Below are positions 28,022 to 38,743 of a DNA stretch of 64,000 nucleotides, in pieces; within the stretch, counting starts at the first letter, position 1, and the number at the start of each line of letters is the position of its first letter. The position numbers were made by a program, and so were the translations under genes. This DNA comes from Nannocystales bacterium (GTDB lineage Bacteria > Myxococcota_A > Polyangia > Nannocystales > Nannocystaceae), in assembly GCA_050633305.1 (NCBI GenBank), contig JBOEGF010000024.1, positions 256,001 through 320,000 of the forward strand, written 5' to 3'. A model generated the notes under the pieces. That model saw only the letters and a program-made list of their open reading frames with translations, was not told where the DNA came from and ran no database searches.

Positions 28022-30444
28022 CGGACGGCGAAGCTGACGCCTTCGAAGGCCGTCGCGAGGTTGGGATCTGCCGGACGGGCGTAGACCTCGTGGTCCCCGG
28101 GCCCCAGGCGAGCCAGGATTCGAAACGGGGCGGGGGACGCTCCGACCGACTCCCCGTCGACGATGAACTCGACCGTCTCAGGCTGCTGTTGCATGGGCCC
28201 TCGCCATGCGGCGGTGAGCTCGACGCGGTCCTCGTCCCGCCCGTCGTGCCCGAGCATGATCACGGCGCCGCGATTCGGGCTGGTCATGCTCAGGGTGGGG
28301 CGGCCGGGTGCCTCCGTGCAGTCGGCGACGTCGTGGGTTCGGACCCACGCAACCCCATGCGGGTCCACGCCCGGCGCTCCGGGACGGAGTGATTCGAGCC
28401 AGCTGTCGTAGGCGGGAGGGAACACGGCGACGACCGTGTCTCCATCCGGGGCGCAATGCAGACCCTCAGAGGTCTCGCGTACAGTCCTGTGGAGGGCGCA
28501 CGGTTCGGTGGGCGTCGCGTCCGAGGCGAAGCGTCGCGCAACCGAGTCTGGGCACGCGTCGGTCGCCACAGCCCCGGACAGCGAGCACACGTGGGCGACG
28601 TGAAGCGCGTCGCCCGGCCACAGGGGCCCCCGAGTTGCGACATCTTGCATGGCGCGGCGCATGAGGTCTGCGAACAGAGGGCCCGCACCGGAGCCGCCGG
28701 TGACCTTGTTCATGGGGGAGCCGTCGGCATTGCCCAGCCACACGACGACCGTGCGCTCGTGGGTGAATCCAGCCGTCCAAGCGTCGCGGTACCCTGAGCT
28801 GGTACCGGTCTTGAGCGCGAGCGGGTAGCCGATGTCGAACGGGCTGTGTCCTTGCAGCAGGCGCAGACGGGCGCCGGGGTCGGAGAGGGCTTCGACGACG
28901 GCCGCGGTTGCGCCCCGTGGGAGGACGCGTTGGGGAGCGGCGGAGGGGTCGCCTTCGCGGAGCCGGAGGTCGATCGCCTCACCGGTTCGGGCGAGCGTGA
29001 CGTAGGCACGGGCGACCTCGAGGGGGGTGACTTCGCCGCTTCCCAGTGCGACCGAGAGACCGTAGTGCTGCGCGGACCGATCGAGACTCTCGAATCCCAG
29101 CGCGAGCAGTCGATCCAGCAACACCCCGTCTCCTTGCGATGCGACGAGCTCCGAGGCCAACCGGACGACGGGGACGTTGAGGCTCGCGGCAAGGGCCTCG
29201 CGGGCGGAGATCGGGCCGAGGTACTCCCCGCTGAAGTTTCGCGGCGCATACACGCTCCCCCCGCCCTCGACGAACTCGGTCGGCACATCCGCGAGCATCT
29301 GTGAGCCATGGTGGCCGTGCTCGAAGGCCAGTCCGTAGATGAAGGGCTTGAGCGAGGACCCGGGCTGGCGGCGAGCACGGAGCATGTCCACCTGGCCCGC
29401 GATCTCGGGGTCGAAGAAGTCCGCGCTTCCGACGTAGGCCAGGACGTCGCCGGTCGAATTGTCGACGACAACGGCCGCCGCGTTGTCGACGGCGCGTTCC
29501 CGCATCTTGGTCATGTGGGTCTCGATGAGGCCTTCGACGTCGCGTTGAAGCGTGGCGTCGAGTGTTGTTCTCGTGCGCTCCCCATCGGCCAAACGTCGCT
29601 CGCCGTGGAGCATCTGAACGAAGTGCGGGGCCTCGAAGGCGTGTGAGAGCGGGCGCAGGACGATCGGCTCGTTGCGGGCCCGAAGCGCTGCGGGACTCGC
29701 CAGCAGCTCGGATTCTTCAAGCTGGTCCAACAGCGCGGCTTGGCGGAACTCCACCCGTTGCGGGTGTTGGTACGGGTCGAGGTACGACGGCGAGCGCGGC
29801 AGGACCGCGAGATAGCTGGCCTGGCCCCAACTCAAGTCCCGCGCATGGACGCCGAAATAGCCCTGCGCCGCAGCCTCGGGCCCAACCCAGCCGTGCCCAT
29901 ACGGGAGGCGGTGGAAGTAGGCTTCGAGAATGGTCTCCTTGGAGGCTTCGTCCTCGAGGTTTTGGGCGCGAGCGGCTTCGCGGAGTTTGACCGCGAGGGT
30001 GCGCTGTGCAGACGTCCCACGGGTGTCGAGGAGCTTGACGAGCTGCTGCGTCACCGTGCTGGCGCCGGAGATGACCTCACCGTGCCGAACGTTCTGTTCC
30101 ACGGCTCGCAGGATCGCGAGGCGGTCCACGCCGTCGTGGTCGATGAAGCGCGCGTCCTCGGCGGCCAACGTGGCGAGCACGAGCCGCTCCCCAACCTGGT
30201 CCAGCGGAATGGGACGGCCCCGTCTTCCATCCGCGGTGGGCAACTCCCGCAGGAGTTCACCGTTTCGGTCCTCGATGCGGTGACCGCTGTACCAGTCGTC
30301 CTCGAGCAACGACCCGGGGTCGCCCGCCTGCTGACGGTAGGTGTGCCAGCCGAGCCACGCCAAGACGGTCGTTAGCAGCATCACCAGGCTCAGTCGCCGT
30401 GCCCAACGACGACTGGGGAGAGGGCGAGCGACCGGGGTGTTCAT
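28018..30444 (-). CDS. pbpC: Penicillin-binding protein 1C
   Basis: Transglycosylase EDARF and GASTVTQQ; transpeptidase SSLK, SLN and KTGTS; ATGA-coupled to the alpha-2-macroglobulin gene. Confidence 0.9.
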   Translation of the reverse strand: MNTPVARPLPSRRWARRLSLVMLLTTVLAWLGWHTYRQQAGDPGSLLEDDWYSGHRIEDRNGELLRELPTADGRRGRPIPLDQVGERLVLATLAAEDARFIDHDGVDRLAILRAVEQNVRHGEVISGASTVTQQLVKLLDTRGTSAQRTLAVKLREAARAQNLEDEASKETILEAYFHRLPYGHGWVGPEAAAQGYFGVHARDLSWGQASYLAVLPRSPSYLDPYQHPQRVEFRQAALLDQLEESELLASPAALRARNEPIVLRPLSHAFEAPHFVQMLHGERRLADGERTRTTLDATLQRDVEGLIETHMTKMRERAVDNAAAVVVDNSTGDVLAYVGSADFFDPEIAGQVDMLRARRQPGSSLKPFIYGLAFEHGHHGSQMLADVPTEFVEGGGSVYAPRNFSGEYLGPISAREALAASLNVPVVRLASELVASQGDGVLLDRLLALGFESLDRSAQHYGLSVALGSGEVTPLEVARAYVTLARTGEAIDLRLREGDPSAAPQRVLPRGATAAVVEALSDPGARLRLLQGHSPFDIGYPLALKTGTSSGYRDAWTAGFTHERTVVVWLGNADGSPMNKVTGGSGAGPLFADLMRRAMQDVATRGPLWPGDALHVAHVCSLSGAVATDACPDSVARRFASDATPTEPCALHRTVRETSEGLHCAPDGDTVVAVFPPAYDSWLESLRPGAPGVDPHGVAWVRTHDVADCTEAPGRPTLSMTSPNRGAVIMLGHDGRDEDRVELTAAWRGPMQQQPETVEFIVDGESVGASPAPFRILARLGPGDHEVYARPADPNLATAFEGVSFAVR

Positions 30445-33400
30445 GGTGTGACCACCACCGTCGCGTCTTTGGAGTACCCCGTGCTGTCGGGCTCGTACAT
30501 CAGCTCCGCCATGGCGGGCGGCACGGTGTATTGGCCGGGCGTCGTGGCTCGCATGGTGTACGTCCCCGCCACGTACTCGCCCCAGAACCGGTCGAAGTAC
30601 AGATGCACTCGGTCGTCGCGCATCTCGACGTAGCTCGCGTCCGCCGAGCCCCACTGCAGCAAGTTGTACATTGGGTGGGCGTCGGTGAGCTCGGCGGGTC
30701 GAGAGACCGTCCACAGATCTGGCTGGATCGGTTCGAATCCGGCTGGCAAGCGGTCGGTCATCGCCAGGTAGCCACGTCGGTCATGTTCGAGCTCGCTGGG
30801 CATGCGGGCCAAGAGCGCGACGCGGACGACCGTGCCCGGAGCGACCCCACTCATGTCGACGGGCTCCCCCTTGGCGGTGGTGTAGAGCCGGTAGACCTCG
30901 GGACCCTTGACGGCGGAGGTCTCCACCTGCGTGTCGCCGGCTGTGAAGGGGCGGCGCCATGCCGCCCCGACTTGGAACGAGACCGGAGTCTCCCCGGTCG
31001 TCTCGAGTCGGAGGACCGCATGGCGGCCGGCCACGTCCGCGAACGGGATGGTGAATGCCCCGGCGCCCGACCCCATGCTGGAAGACCCCTCCATCGTGGA
31101 GGTCAGCGGTACGCCGTCGAGGCGGGCCACAACACGAGCATCCTCGCCCTCATCGCTGACCACCTTCTCACGCAGGGCCAGCAGACCGAACGCCGTGGCT
31201 TGGGTTGTGTACGAACCCGTCTTGCGGACGAGCGCGTCGACCAGGGTTGGAATGAGCGTCGAGGTCGCCCGCAGTCGGACCAATGCGAGCGCGGCTTGGG
31301 CCTGGGTTCGGGTGGTCGAGCCGTAGTAGTAGAAGTCACTGTCCTCGTCCTTCTTCTTCGGGGAACCGTCGGCTTCGAATGCGGCCTCGACGGCGTCGAG
31401 GGCTTGGTTGACCTGGTCCTCGTGTCCTTCGAGGCTCGAGAGCGCCAACGCGACGGTCGCGGATCCAAACGGACCCTGGTTGGGCAGCGTGTCCACCAAC
31501 ATGTCTGCAGCCGACTCGGGGAGGGCCCCCGCTTCTGCGAGTGCGAGCGCGATCGAGGCTCGTTGCTCGACGTCGCGTCGCGCCGTGCTGCTGGTGTCGT
31601 CGAGGCGGCCTGCAAGGTACTCGGTGACCTCGTCGAGCAAGCCGGGGACTTCGATGCCCTGCTTCTTTGCCAGCGCGATCGCTCGTGCTGCGTAGGCTGT
31701 GCCATAGAGGTTGGGTTCGGTGCCGCCGGGCCAGTACGCCAGCCCACCGCTGCTGGTCTTCATGGTGGCCAGCCGCTTGAGACCTGCGAGTGCCATCGCA
31801 TCGATTTCCTCCTCACTGAACCGGAACAGGCCCAGTCGGGGGAGGACGTCACGCGCGGCAAGCAGCGGCAAGGTGGACGAGGTGGTCTGCTCGACACACC
31901 CGTGCGGATAGTCGATGAGGTACTCCAGTCGGCTGCCCAGCTCGGGCCACGCATGGTGCCCCATCGTGATCCTCAGGACGGCGTCGCGCGAGAGGTCGGT
32001 CGTGATGCCAGCGGGCACCTCGAGCAACACCTCCTGCGCACCGTTGAATGCGCCGGCGAGACGAGGCCGTTCATCGATGCCCGCCGCTTGAACCGGCACG
32101 ATCGATTCGACCCGGTCGCGGACCGTCCCTGCATCGTCCTTCACCTCGAAGACCAGCTTCTTCTCGCCGGGTTCCTCGAAGGTCGCGGTGAAGGCCACGC
32201 GCTTGCGAGCCATCGCTGCCAAAGAGACGCTTTGGGTCTTGTCGTCCAGGGTGACGGTGGCTTCGACCGCCTCGTCCAACCCGTTGTGGACCATGACCGC
32301 GGCCTCGAAACTGTCGCCCTCGAGTGCGAAGCGCGGCACGGCGGGCTGGATCATCAGCGGTTTGCGCACGTTGAATGCGCCCTTGCCTCTGCCCCCACGG
32401 CCCTTGTTGTCGAGCACGACGGCCATCATGCGGAACTCGGTCAGGTTGTCGGGGAGGTCGAGCCCGACCTTCACCGTGCCATCTTCGCCGGTTCGTAGAT
32501 GGGGGCGCCACAGGGCGGTTCGCACGAAGTTCTTTCGGGTCGAGACGAGGCTCGCATTTCCGCTTGCGCCTCCGCCGTCGCCGGCGGTGTGGCTGCGCTG
32601 CAGCATGTCGGCCAGCTCGGTACGGGTGTCGGCGATCGAGAAGTTGAACGCGGCGCCGGGGCGAAGCGCCTTGACCGGATCGGGAGCCTTGTAGTTGGTC
32701 AGCCGCAGGACACCCTCGTCGACCACGGCCAAGACAACCTCGGCGCCCGCGACCGGCGTGCCCCCACGGACAACAGAGACCTCGATCTCCGCGTGTTCAC
32801 GGGGCTCGTAGGCCTTCGCGTCCGCGCTCACGCTCACCTCGAGCGTGGCGTCGTCGAGAGACACTGGGAGCTTGAGGGCACCGAACTTCCACTGGGCGAG
32901 CTGCTCCCCGCGGGCGTCGCGGGGAAGGAAGGTGACCGACGCGAAGACGTGCGGTGCGTGCTTGGCTTCGATGGGAACCTCGAAGGTGACGGGTCCGGCG
33001 TCGACCTCTCGGGCCTCGTGCTTGAGGACTGTGCCTTGCTCGACCGTGAAGATCGCAGTCGCCTTCTCGAAGGGGTTTTGGGCGACGATTTTCGCGGTTT
33101 GCCCAGGGGCGAAGGTCTTGGCGTCCGCGACGAGCTCCATGCGGTGCCCCGGCTCAGGCTCGGACCCGGACCAATCCGCGCCCCACGCCCACACGTAGGC
33201 GCGGCCACCGCTACGGCCGTCGATCTTCGTTCGGACCTCGTAGGAGCCCGAAACCTTGGGGGTGAGCTCGCAGGAGACGACGGCCAACGCGGACTTGGCC
33301 GTGCAACGCCCAGAGGGGATTTCAACCCTGTGCCATTGCAGCCGCGTTGATCCACCCGGGCCGGGTTTGCGCGTCCGTTTCCATTCCATACGAACGAGTT

Positions 33401-36140
33401 CGGCGGTGACGCTCTTGCCGACCACGGAGGTTCCCGCTTGGTCGATCACGCCCAGTTCGAGGTCGAGCGGCGTCCCGACGTCAGGCCAGCGGTCTTTGAT
33501 GCGCACGCCGGCGTAGTACGGGGCGGGGTGGACGACCACGCTGTCGCGGCCAGCGATCGCCCGGTGGCTGCTGTCGGTGACCTCGGCTTCGAAGGTGAAC
33601 GTTTGCGGGCCTCCGTCCTGGTCGACCTCGACGACGGGGGACGCTTGCAGGGCACCCTTGGCGTCGAGTGTGCCGTAGCCGGAGCGAGACCAGCCAGACT
33701 CCACGTAGCCGGCGGTGAAGCTGAGGCCGCGAGCGGTGAGGGCTCCTTTGGGCATGGGCGCCGAGGCGCGACGCACGACCCAGGTCGCCTCGGCGCCGTC
33801 CATGGCGGCCCCGAAGAGGTACTTGGCGACCACGTTGCCCTCGACTTTCCGCTTCTTGTCGGACCCGGTGGTCTTGGCTTCGACGTCGACCTTGAAGCGG
33901 GGCGGCTCAAACTCGGCGACCTGCACCTGGGTTCGCCCCAGCGTCTCTTCGCCGGGCATCGCCTGCAGTTCGACCTGGTAGCGGCCGATCGGCGATCCCT
34001 CCTCGGTGGTCCACGACGCGCTCACGCTCCCCATGTCGTCGGTCGTGAGGTCTTGGGTGAACGCGGTCTTGCCTCGGGGGTCGACGATGCGAATCCGCGC
34101 TTCACTCTTCGCCACGGGAAGCAGGTCCGCTCCGTCAGGGCGTCGCATCATGCCTTTGACATGAACGGTCGCCCCGGGTCGGTACACGCCTCGGTCGCTC
34201 ATCACCAACCCGCGGTTGGGGTTGGCGGACAGGGGCATTCCACCGGATAGCTCGGGCACCAGATGGCGGTTGGTCTGGACGCGGTGCCCCATCGGCAGGA
34301 TGGTCCTCGCGGTCCCGGATTCAACCCGCAGCAACGTGTTACGGGACTTGTCCATCGCGAGATCAAGGACGGCGAGCCCGTCCTTGTCGGTACGGATGCC
34401 GGTTGCCTCGGTCCCGTCGACGAACAGCGTTGCGCCCGAAACGGGAGCACCACTGGTCATCTCGGCGACATGGACGAAGGTCTTGTCGCCACTGCCGCGC
34501 GCGTGCACGACCATGGCGGTGTCGTCGTTGACCAGGACCAACGCCAAAGGGGGCTTGCTGGCCCGGGACCAGCTGGGGTGAGTCGGCTCAGGAGCATCGA
34601 AGGCGGTCGAGGTCCGCTTGAGCTCGACGACGTACGCCTTGCCGCTGCCGAGATGCTCGAGCAGGTTCACCTTCGAGGTCACCGACTTGTCCTGTTTGGC
34701 CGTGGGGCTGAAGGGGATGGTGAGGGTGGGTTTCCCCGTGGGAGCCTCGCGCCGGGAGACGCGTCCGTTCGCGTCCTGCCACGCCGAATCGCTGTCTCCG
34801 ACCTCCCAGGCTCGCAGCTCGAATCCATCGACGTTCCGGGTGGTCACCTTGAACGACTTGCTCAGCGTGGTGTCCAAGAACTGAAGACCCTCGGGCATCG
34901 ACACACTCGTCGGCCGCGGTGCCGTGCGCAGCTTGACCACGACCGGTGCCGCGAGCGACTGCCCGTAGGTGTCCTTGGCGGAGGCGAGCGTCAGCGTGTA
35001 GTCGCGGCTGGGCTCGAACGCTCCGCTGACGGTGACTTGGCCGTCTGAGCTCCACCGCTGGGACCAAACGGACAGGTTGCGGATAGGCGGGTCGACGGAG
35101 ACCGCCGCCTCGAGCGACTTTCCGCCCTCGATGATGTTGTTGAAGTGAAGCGCGACCTCGCGGCCACCGATGTGGAGCGTGTCGCCCTTCATCTTGCATC
35201 GCTCCGAGTCGTAACGGCAGTCGACCTTGGTGAACTTGGGCCGTCGTGCGATGTCGAACGCGATGCGGTCTGCGGTTTCTTCGGCCGCACCGTGGTCGCG
35301 AACGGTGAACGCTCCTTTGCCACCGGGCCACATCCGGCGCTTCGGGCGAACGACGAGCATGTTTCGCTTGTCGGCCTTTGCGCCGTCGAACAGCCCTTTC
35401 TTCGGATGCTTGAGACTGAACTCCAGCGCCTTGCCCTTTGCGTTGGTCAGTGTGATGAGCTCCTTGACCTGCTCCGCCGTCACCGGCTGATCGAACAGAA
35501 CGGTCATCTCGGGGCGGGGTCCCTGCTTCGTCCCACTGTGCGGGTAGAAGGTCACCACGCGCGGTTTCCCCGGTTCGGGGATATAGGTGACCATCTTCCC
35601 GCCGATCCAGATCCGTGGGTCGGCTCGGAACACGCCCTTCCACTCCATGCTCGCGCCGCTCTCGTCCTCCACGGGTCCCAATGCGAGCGTGTAGTCGGTC
35701 TCCGGGTCGAAGGGCGCATCGGCGTGGAACGAGACCGACCAGTCGCTGTTCCATTGAGCCCTGCCCTTGACGGCCGGCGTGATGGTGAGCGGAGGCGGGG
35801 TCTTGCCCTTACGCTTCGCGCGGTTGTTGAGTCGCAGCGTGATCGTCTGCCCCGAGGTCTCCCATCGCCCCTTGTCATCCAGCTCCGGCCACTCGACGGT
35901 GAGAGGCTCGGTCGGGTCATCGTCCACACCCGCGAGGTCCGGAGGCAGCAGGCGCCGGTCGCGTCGGGTCAGCGGCGGCGGGAACAGCAGCGCCGGGCCG
36001 TCCGAGGGGATCTTGCTGGTGTCGACATCGACAGGTGACGAGCTGTCCTGTTCGCTGGTGTTGGACGACGAAGTGCAGGCCAGCGCGAGGACGAGGAGCG
36101 CGCGCGCGGGTGTGTGGAGGAGCGTCGAGACACGAGCCAT
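30441..36140 (-). CDS. Bacterial alpha-2-macroglobulin family lipoprotein
   Basis: LALAC lipobox; SDRGVYRPG, VAEFEPP, AVVDEGVL and LPDNLTEFR; thioester YPHGCVEQ; DRLPAGFE and AELMYEP. Confidence 0.93.
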   Translation of the reverse strand: MARVSTLLHTPARALLVLALACTSSSNTSEQDSSSPVDVDTSKIPSDGPALLFPPPLTRRDRRLLPPDLAGVDDDPTEPLTVEWPELDDKGRWETSGQTITLRLNNRAKRKGKTPPPLTITPAVKGRAQWNSDWSVSFHADAPFDPETDYTLALGPVEDESGASMEWKGVFRADPRIWIGGKMVTYIPEPGKPRVVTFYPHSGTKQGPRPEMTVLFDQPVTAEQVKELITLTNAKGKALEFSLKHPKKGLFDGAKADKRNMLVVRPKRRMWPGGKGAFTVRDHGAAEETADRIAFDIARRPKFTKVDCRYDSERCKMKGDTLHIGGREVALHFNNIIEGGKSLEAAVSVDPPIRNLSVWSQRWSSDGQVTVSGAFEPSRDYTLTLASAKDTYGQSLAAPVVVKLRTAPRPTSVSMPEGLQFLDTTLSKSFKVTTRNVDGFELRAWEVGDSDSAWQDANGRVSRREAPTGKPTLTIPFSPTAKQDKSVTSKVNLLEHLGSGKAYVVELKRTSTAFDAPEPTHPSWSRASKPPLALVLVNDDTAMVVHARGSGDKTFVHVAEMTSGAPVSGATLFVDGTEATGIRTDKDGLAVLDLAMDKSRNTLLRVESGTARTILPMGHRVQTNRHLVPELSGGMPLSANPNRGLVMSDRGVYRPGATVHVKGMMRRPDGADLLPVAKSEARIRIVDPRGKTAFTQDLTTDDMGSVSASWTTEEGSPIGRYQVELQAMPGEETLGRTQVQVAEFEPPRFKVDVEAKTTGSDKKRKVEGNVVAKYLFGAAMDGAEATWVVRRASAPMPKGALTARGLSFTAGYVESGWSRSGYGTLDAKGALQASPVVEVDQDGGPQTFTFEAEVTDSSHRAIAGRDSVVVHPAPYYAGVRIKDRWPDVGTPLDLELGVIDQAGTSVVGKSVTAELVRMEWKRTRKPGPGGSTRLQWHRVEIPSGRCTAKSALAVVSCELTPKVSGSYEVRTKIDGRSGGRAYVWAWGADWSGSEPEPGHRMELVADAKTFAPGQTAKIVAQNPFEKATAIFTVEQGTVLKHEAREVDAGPVTFEVPIEAKHAPHVFASVTFLPRDARGEQLAQWKFGALKLPVSLDDATLEVSVSADAKAYEPREHAEIEVSVVRGGTPVAGAEVVLAVVDEGVLRLTNYKAPDPVKALRPGAAFNFSIADTRTELADMLQRSHTAGDGGGASGNASLVSTRKNFVRTALWRPHLRTGEDGTVKVGLDLPDNLTEFRMMAVVLDNKGRGGRGKGAFNVRKPLMIQPAVPRFALEGDSFEAAVMVHNGLDEAVEATVTLDDKTQSVSLAAMARKRVAFTATFEEPGEKKLVFEVKDDAGTVRDRVESIVPVQAAGIDERPRLAGAFNGAQEVLLEVPAGITTDLSRDAVLRITMGHHAWPELGSRLEYLIDYPHGCVEQTTSSTLPLLAARDVLPRLGLFRFSEEEIDAMALAGLKRLATMKTSSGGLAYWPGGTEPNLYGTAYAARAIALAKKQGIEVPGLLDEVTEYLAGRLDDTSSTARRDVEQRASIALALAEAGALPESAADMLVDTLPNQGPFGSATVALALSSLEGHEDQVNQALDAVEAAFEADGSPKKKDEDSDFYYYGSTTRTQAQAALALVRLRATSTLIPTLVDALVRKTGSYTTQATAFGLLALREKVVSDEGEDARVVARLDGVPLTSTMEGSSSMGSGAGAFTIPFADVAGRHAVLRLETTGETPVSFQVGAAWRRPFTAGDTQVETSAVKGPEVYRLYTTAKGEPVDMSGVAPGTVVRVALLARMPSELEHDRRGYLAMTDRLPAGFEPIQPDLWTVSRPAELTDAHPMYNLLQWGSADASYVEMRDDRVHLYFDRFWGEYVAGTYTMRATTPGQYTVPPAMAELMYEPDSTGYSKDATVVVTP

Positions 36141-36418
36141 GGGCGGTGACTCCACTCTGCACGGACTGGGCCGCACGTGTTCTTGCCGGAGTGGGCCGCT
36201 ATCACCGCCCGTTTCGCGCCGTTTTCGTACACGAATGATGTTAATCGTGTCCTGTGCTCGGTTTTTGGAGCCAATTCGCTTCAAAAGTCCGCAGGTGGCT
36301 CGTCTCCTCCAGAATCGGTTGCCAGCACGCCGAGTGGCGGGCGATGGCCGAGTACGCGAGAGGATTCGCAGACCGAGGTGGGTTCCCGATCGAGGCTGGA
36401 CACCGCAAGCTATCGAAG

Positions 36419-37579
36419 ATGTCGGAATCCCGATACGACTCGTTGTTCAATCCCACCCCCGAGCACCAGATGATTCGGGAGACGATCGCGGAGTTCGCGG
36501 CGAAGTACGTCGACCCGCAGGCCGCCGAGTTCGACGAGAAAGGCGTGCTCAACCAGGCGCTGTTCCGGCAGCTCGGTGAGCTCGGGATTCTCGGAATCAC
36601 GATCCCCGAGGAGCACGGCGGGGCGGGCATGGACACAGTCGCAGCTGTGATTGTCCACCACGAGCTCGCGAAGTACGACCCCGGCTTCACGCTGGCCTAC
36701 CTCGCGCACTCGATGTTGTTTGTGAACAACTTCTATTACTGCGCCAACGACGAGCAGCGTGGTCGCTACTTGGAGAAAGTCCTCTCCGGGGAGTGGGTCG
36801 CTGGCATGGGCATGACCGAGCCGGGCGCGGGAACCGACGTGATGGGCATGACGACGACGGCCGTGCTCGATGGCGATAGCTACGTCCTCAACGGCACGAA
36901 GACGTACATCACCAACGGCTGCGAGGGGCACTGCTTCTTGGTCTACGCCAAGGTCGACGGACGGGTGACCTCCTTCCTCGTCGATCGCGACTGCCCCGGG
37001 TTCTCCAGCAGCAACCACATCGACAAGTGCGGCATGCGGGGCTCGACGATGTCAGAGCTCATCTTCGAGGACTGCCGTATCCCCAAGGAAAACCTCCTGG
37101 GTGCCGAAGGCGAGGGCGTCACGCACATGATGCGGAACCTCGAGGTCGAACGTCTCGCCTTGGCCGCCATGAGTGTCGGGATCGCAGATCGCTGTGTCGA
37201 CATCATGGTCGATTACTCCGTGGAGCGGACCGCGTTTGGCAAGCCGATCGGCGCGTTCGGGCAGATCCAGCGCTACGTGGCGGACGGGTACGCCATGACC
37301 GAGGCCGCAAAGTGCCTGGTCTACAACGTCGCCCGTGAGGTCGGACCCGACATCCGGAACCGTGTCGGCTCCGATGCCGCAAAGTTGTTCGCCGCCCCCG
37401 TCGGAAAGATGGTCGCCGACTACGCCATGCAGGTCATGGGCGGCGCTGGCTACTGCCGCGAGTTCCCCGTCGAGCGACTGTGGCGCGACGCCAAGCTGCT
37501 CGAGATTGGGGGCGGAACCCTGGAAGCGCACCAGAAGAACCTCTCCAAGGATCTCGCGCGCGAGCGCGTCCGTCGGTAG
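36419..37579 (+). CDS. Acyl-CoA dehydrogenase (isovaleryl-CoA dehydrogenase-like)
   Basis: MTEPGAGTD, LNGTKTYITNG, GMRGS, RTAFGKPI, GGAGY and RDAKLLEIGGGT motifs. Confidence 0.9.
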   Translation: MSESRYDSLFNPTPEHQMIRETIAEFAAKYVDPQAAEFDEKGVLNQALFRQLGELGILGITIPEEHGGAGMDTVAAVIVHHELAKYDPGFTLAYLAHSMLFVNNFYYCANDEQRGRYLEKVLSGEWVAGMGMTEPGAGTDVMGMTTTAVLDGDSYVLNGTKTYITNGCEGHCFLVYAKVDGRVTSFLVDRDCPGFSSSNHIDKCGMRGSTMSELIFEDCRIPKENLLGAEGEGVTHMMRNLEVERLALAAMSVGIADRCVDIMVDYSVERTAFGKPIGAFGQIQRYVADGYAMTEAAKCLVYNVAREVGPDIRNRVGSDAAKLFAAPVGKMVADYAMQVMGGAGYCREFPVERLWRDAKLLEIGGGTLEAHQKNLSKDLARERVRR

Positions 37580-37756
37580 GCGCGGCGCGTTTACCGGCCC
37601 CTCGTGTCTCCAGAAGGCGCGGAATCGTGGGGTGCGGAGCAGGGGACCGGCCACGGGAGTTTTGCTCGTGGTCGGAAAAACCAGCTAGACGCGCGACCGT
37701 CGTTGGGGCCACCATGCGTCCTATCACCGCGGCTACGGCCCGGACTGGAGACTAGG

Positions 37757-38632
37757 ATGAAACTCGACGTACGCTTTCTTTCCTCACTTTCTCTCGTAGC
37801 TGCCCTGGGCTTCGGCACTGGCTGTCCCGCGGACGATGATCCGTCCGACCCCGGCGGCGACACCGACGCCAGCAGCACCGGCACGCCGGACCCGACCGAG
37901 GCAACGGACCCGACCGACGCGACGGACCCGACGGACCCGACGGACCCGACGGACCCGACCGACACCACGGCCGGCACGACGACGACCGACGGCGAGACGA
38001 CGGACGGCGAGACCACCGACGATCCCACCGACCCGACCGGCGAAGATCCGCTTCCCGACGGCTCCGACTGCACGATGAACGAGCAGTGTGAGTCTGGCGC
38101 TTGTTACGTCACCGGCATCGGCGGCCTCTGCGGCGAGTGTGCGGGCGACGAGGACTGCGACGGCGGCGGCTGCAGCCTCCCCAACCCGCTGGCCACACCC
38201 CCCGAGGGCTCGGTCTGCAACATGGGCGCGCTCGGCGACGGTTGCCAAAGCAACGACGTCTGCGGCGAAGGTCTCACCTGCGTTGAGATCATCAACGTCC
38301 CCGGCATCCTGATGGCGAGCACCTGCTCGGAGTGCGACACCACCGCGGACTGCGATGGCGACCAGCTCTGCAACGTCTCGGTCGACGTCGCCAACATCAG
38401 TGGCCAGCAAACCTGCGTGGACGCGGACAGCGTTCCCGACGGCGAGTTCTGCGATCTCGAGGGCGACGGCGAGGCGGCGTGCTTGAACCACTGCGCGGAA
38501 GCCAGCGTCAAAGGCCTCCTCACCTTCGGTCTTTGTGGCGAGTGCCGTGACGACGCAGACTGCGACGGCGGGACCTGCGTCGAGCCTGAAGTCGGCATCG
38601 ACGGCACCGTTGTCGCCTCGTTCTGCGAGTAG
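37757..38632 (+). CDS. Cys-rich lipoprotein with TDP-repeat linker
   Basis: GTGC lipobox; (TDP)n linker from 9-bp repeats at ~37890-37960; repeated CxECxxxxDC modules. Confidence 0.85.
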   Translation: MKLDVRFLSSLSLVAALGFGTGCPADDDPSDPGGDTDASSTGTPDPTEATDPTDATDPTDPTDPTDPTDTTAGTTTTDGETTDGETTDDPTDPTGEDPLPDGSDCTMNEQCESGACYVTGIGGLCGECAGDEDCDGGGCSLPNPLATPPEGSVCNMGALGDGCQSNDVCGEGLTCVEIINVPGILMASTCSECDTTADCDGDQLCNVSVDVANISGQQTCVDADSVPDGEFCDLEGDGEAACLNHCAEASVKGLLTFGLCGECRDDADCDGGTCVEPEVGIDGTVVASFCE

Positions 38633-38680
38633 GCCAGCGGCTGACCCCGAGCCGAGCCTCTCAAGAAGCTCGGCTCAACC

Positions 38681-38724
38681 CACAAGAAGAGCGCGTCTCC
38701 GATGGAGCCGCGCTCTTTCTTGTG
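38681..38724. terminator. Bidirectional terminator-like hairpin
   Basis: CACAAGAAGAGCGCG...CGCGCTCTTTCTTGTG between convergent genes. Confidence 0.7.
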
Positions 38725-38743
38725 GTTCGGTCTCTTCCGAGGT

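Noticed and set aside
37885..38045. 9-bp GACGGACCC repeats
   Set aside because: They encode a TDP linker of a lipoprotein; ordinary in this lineage.
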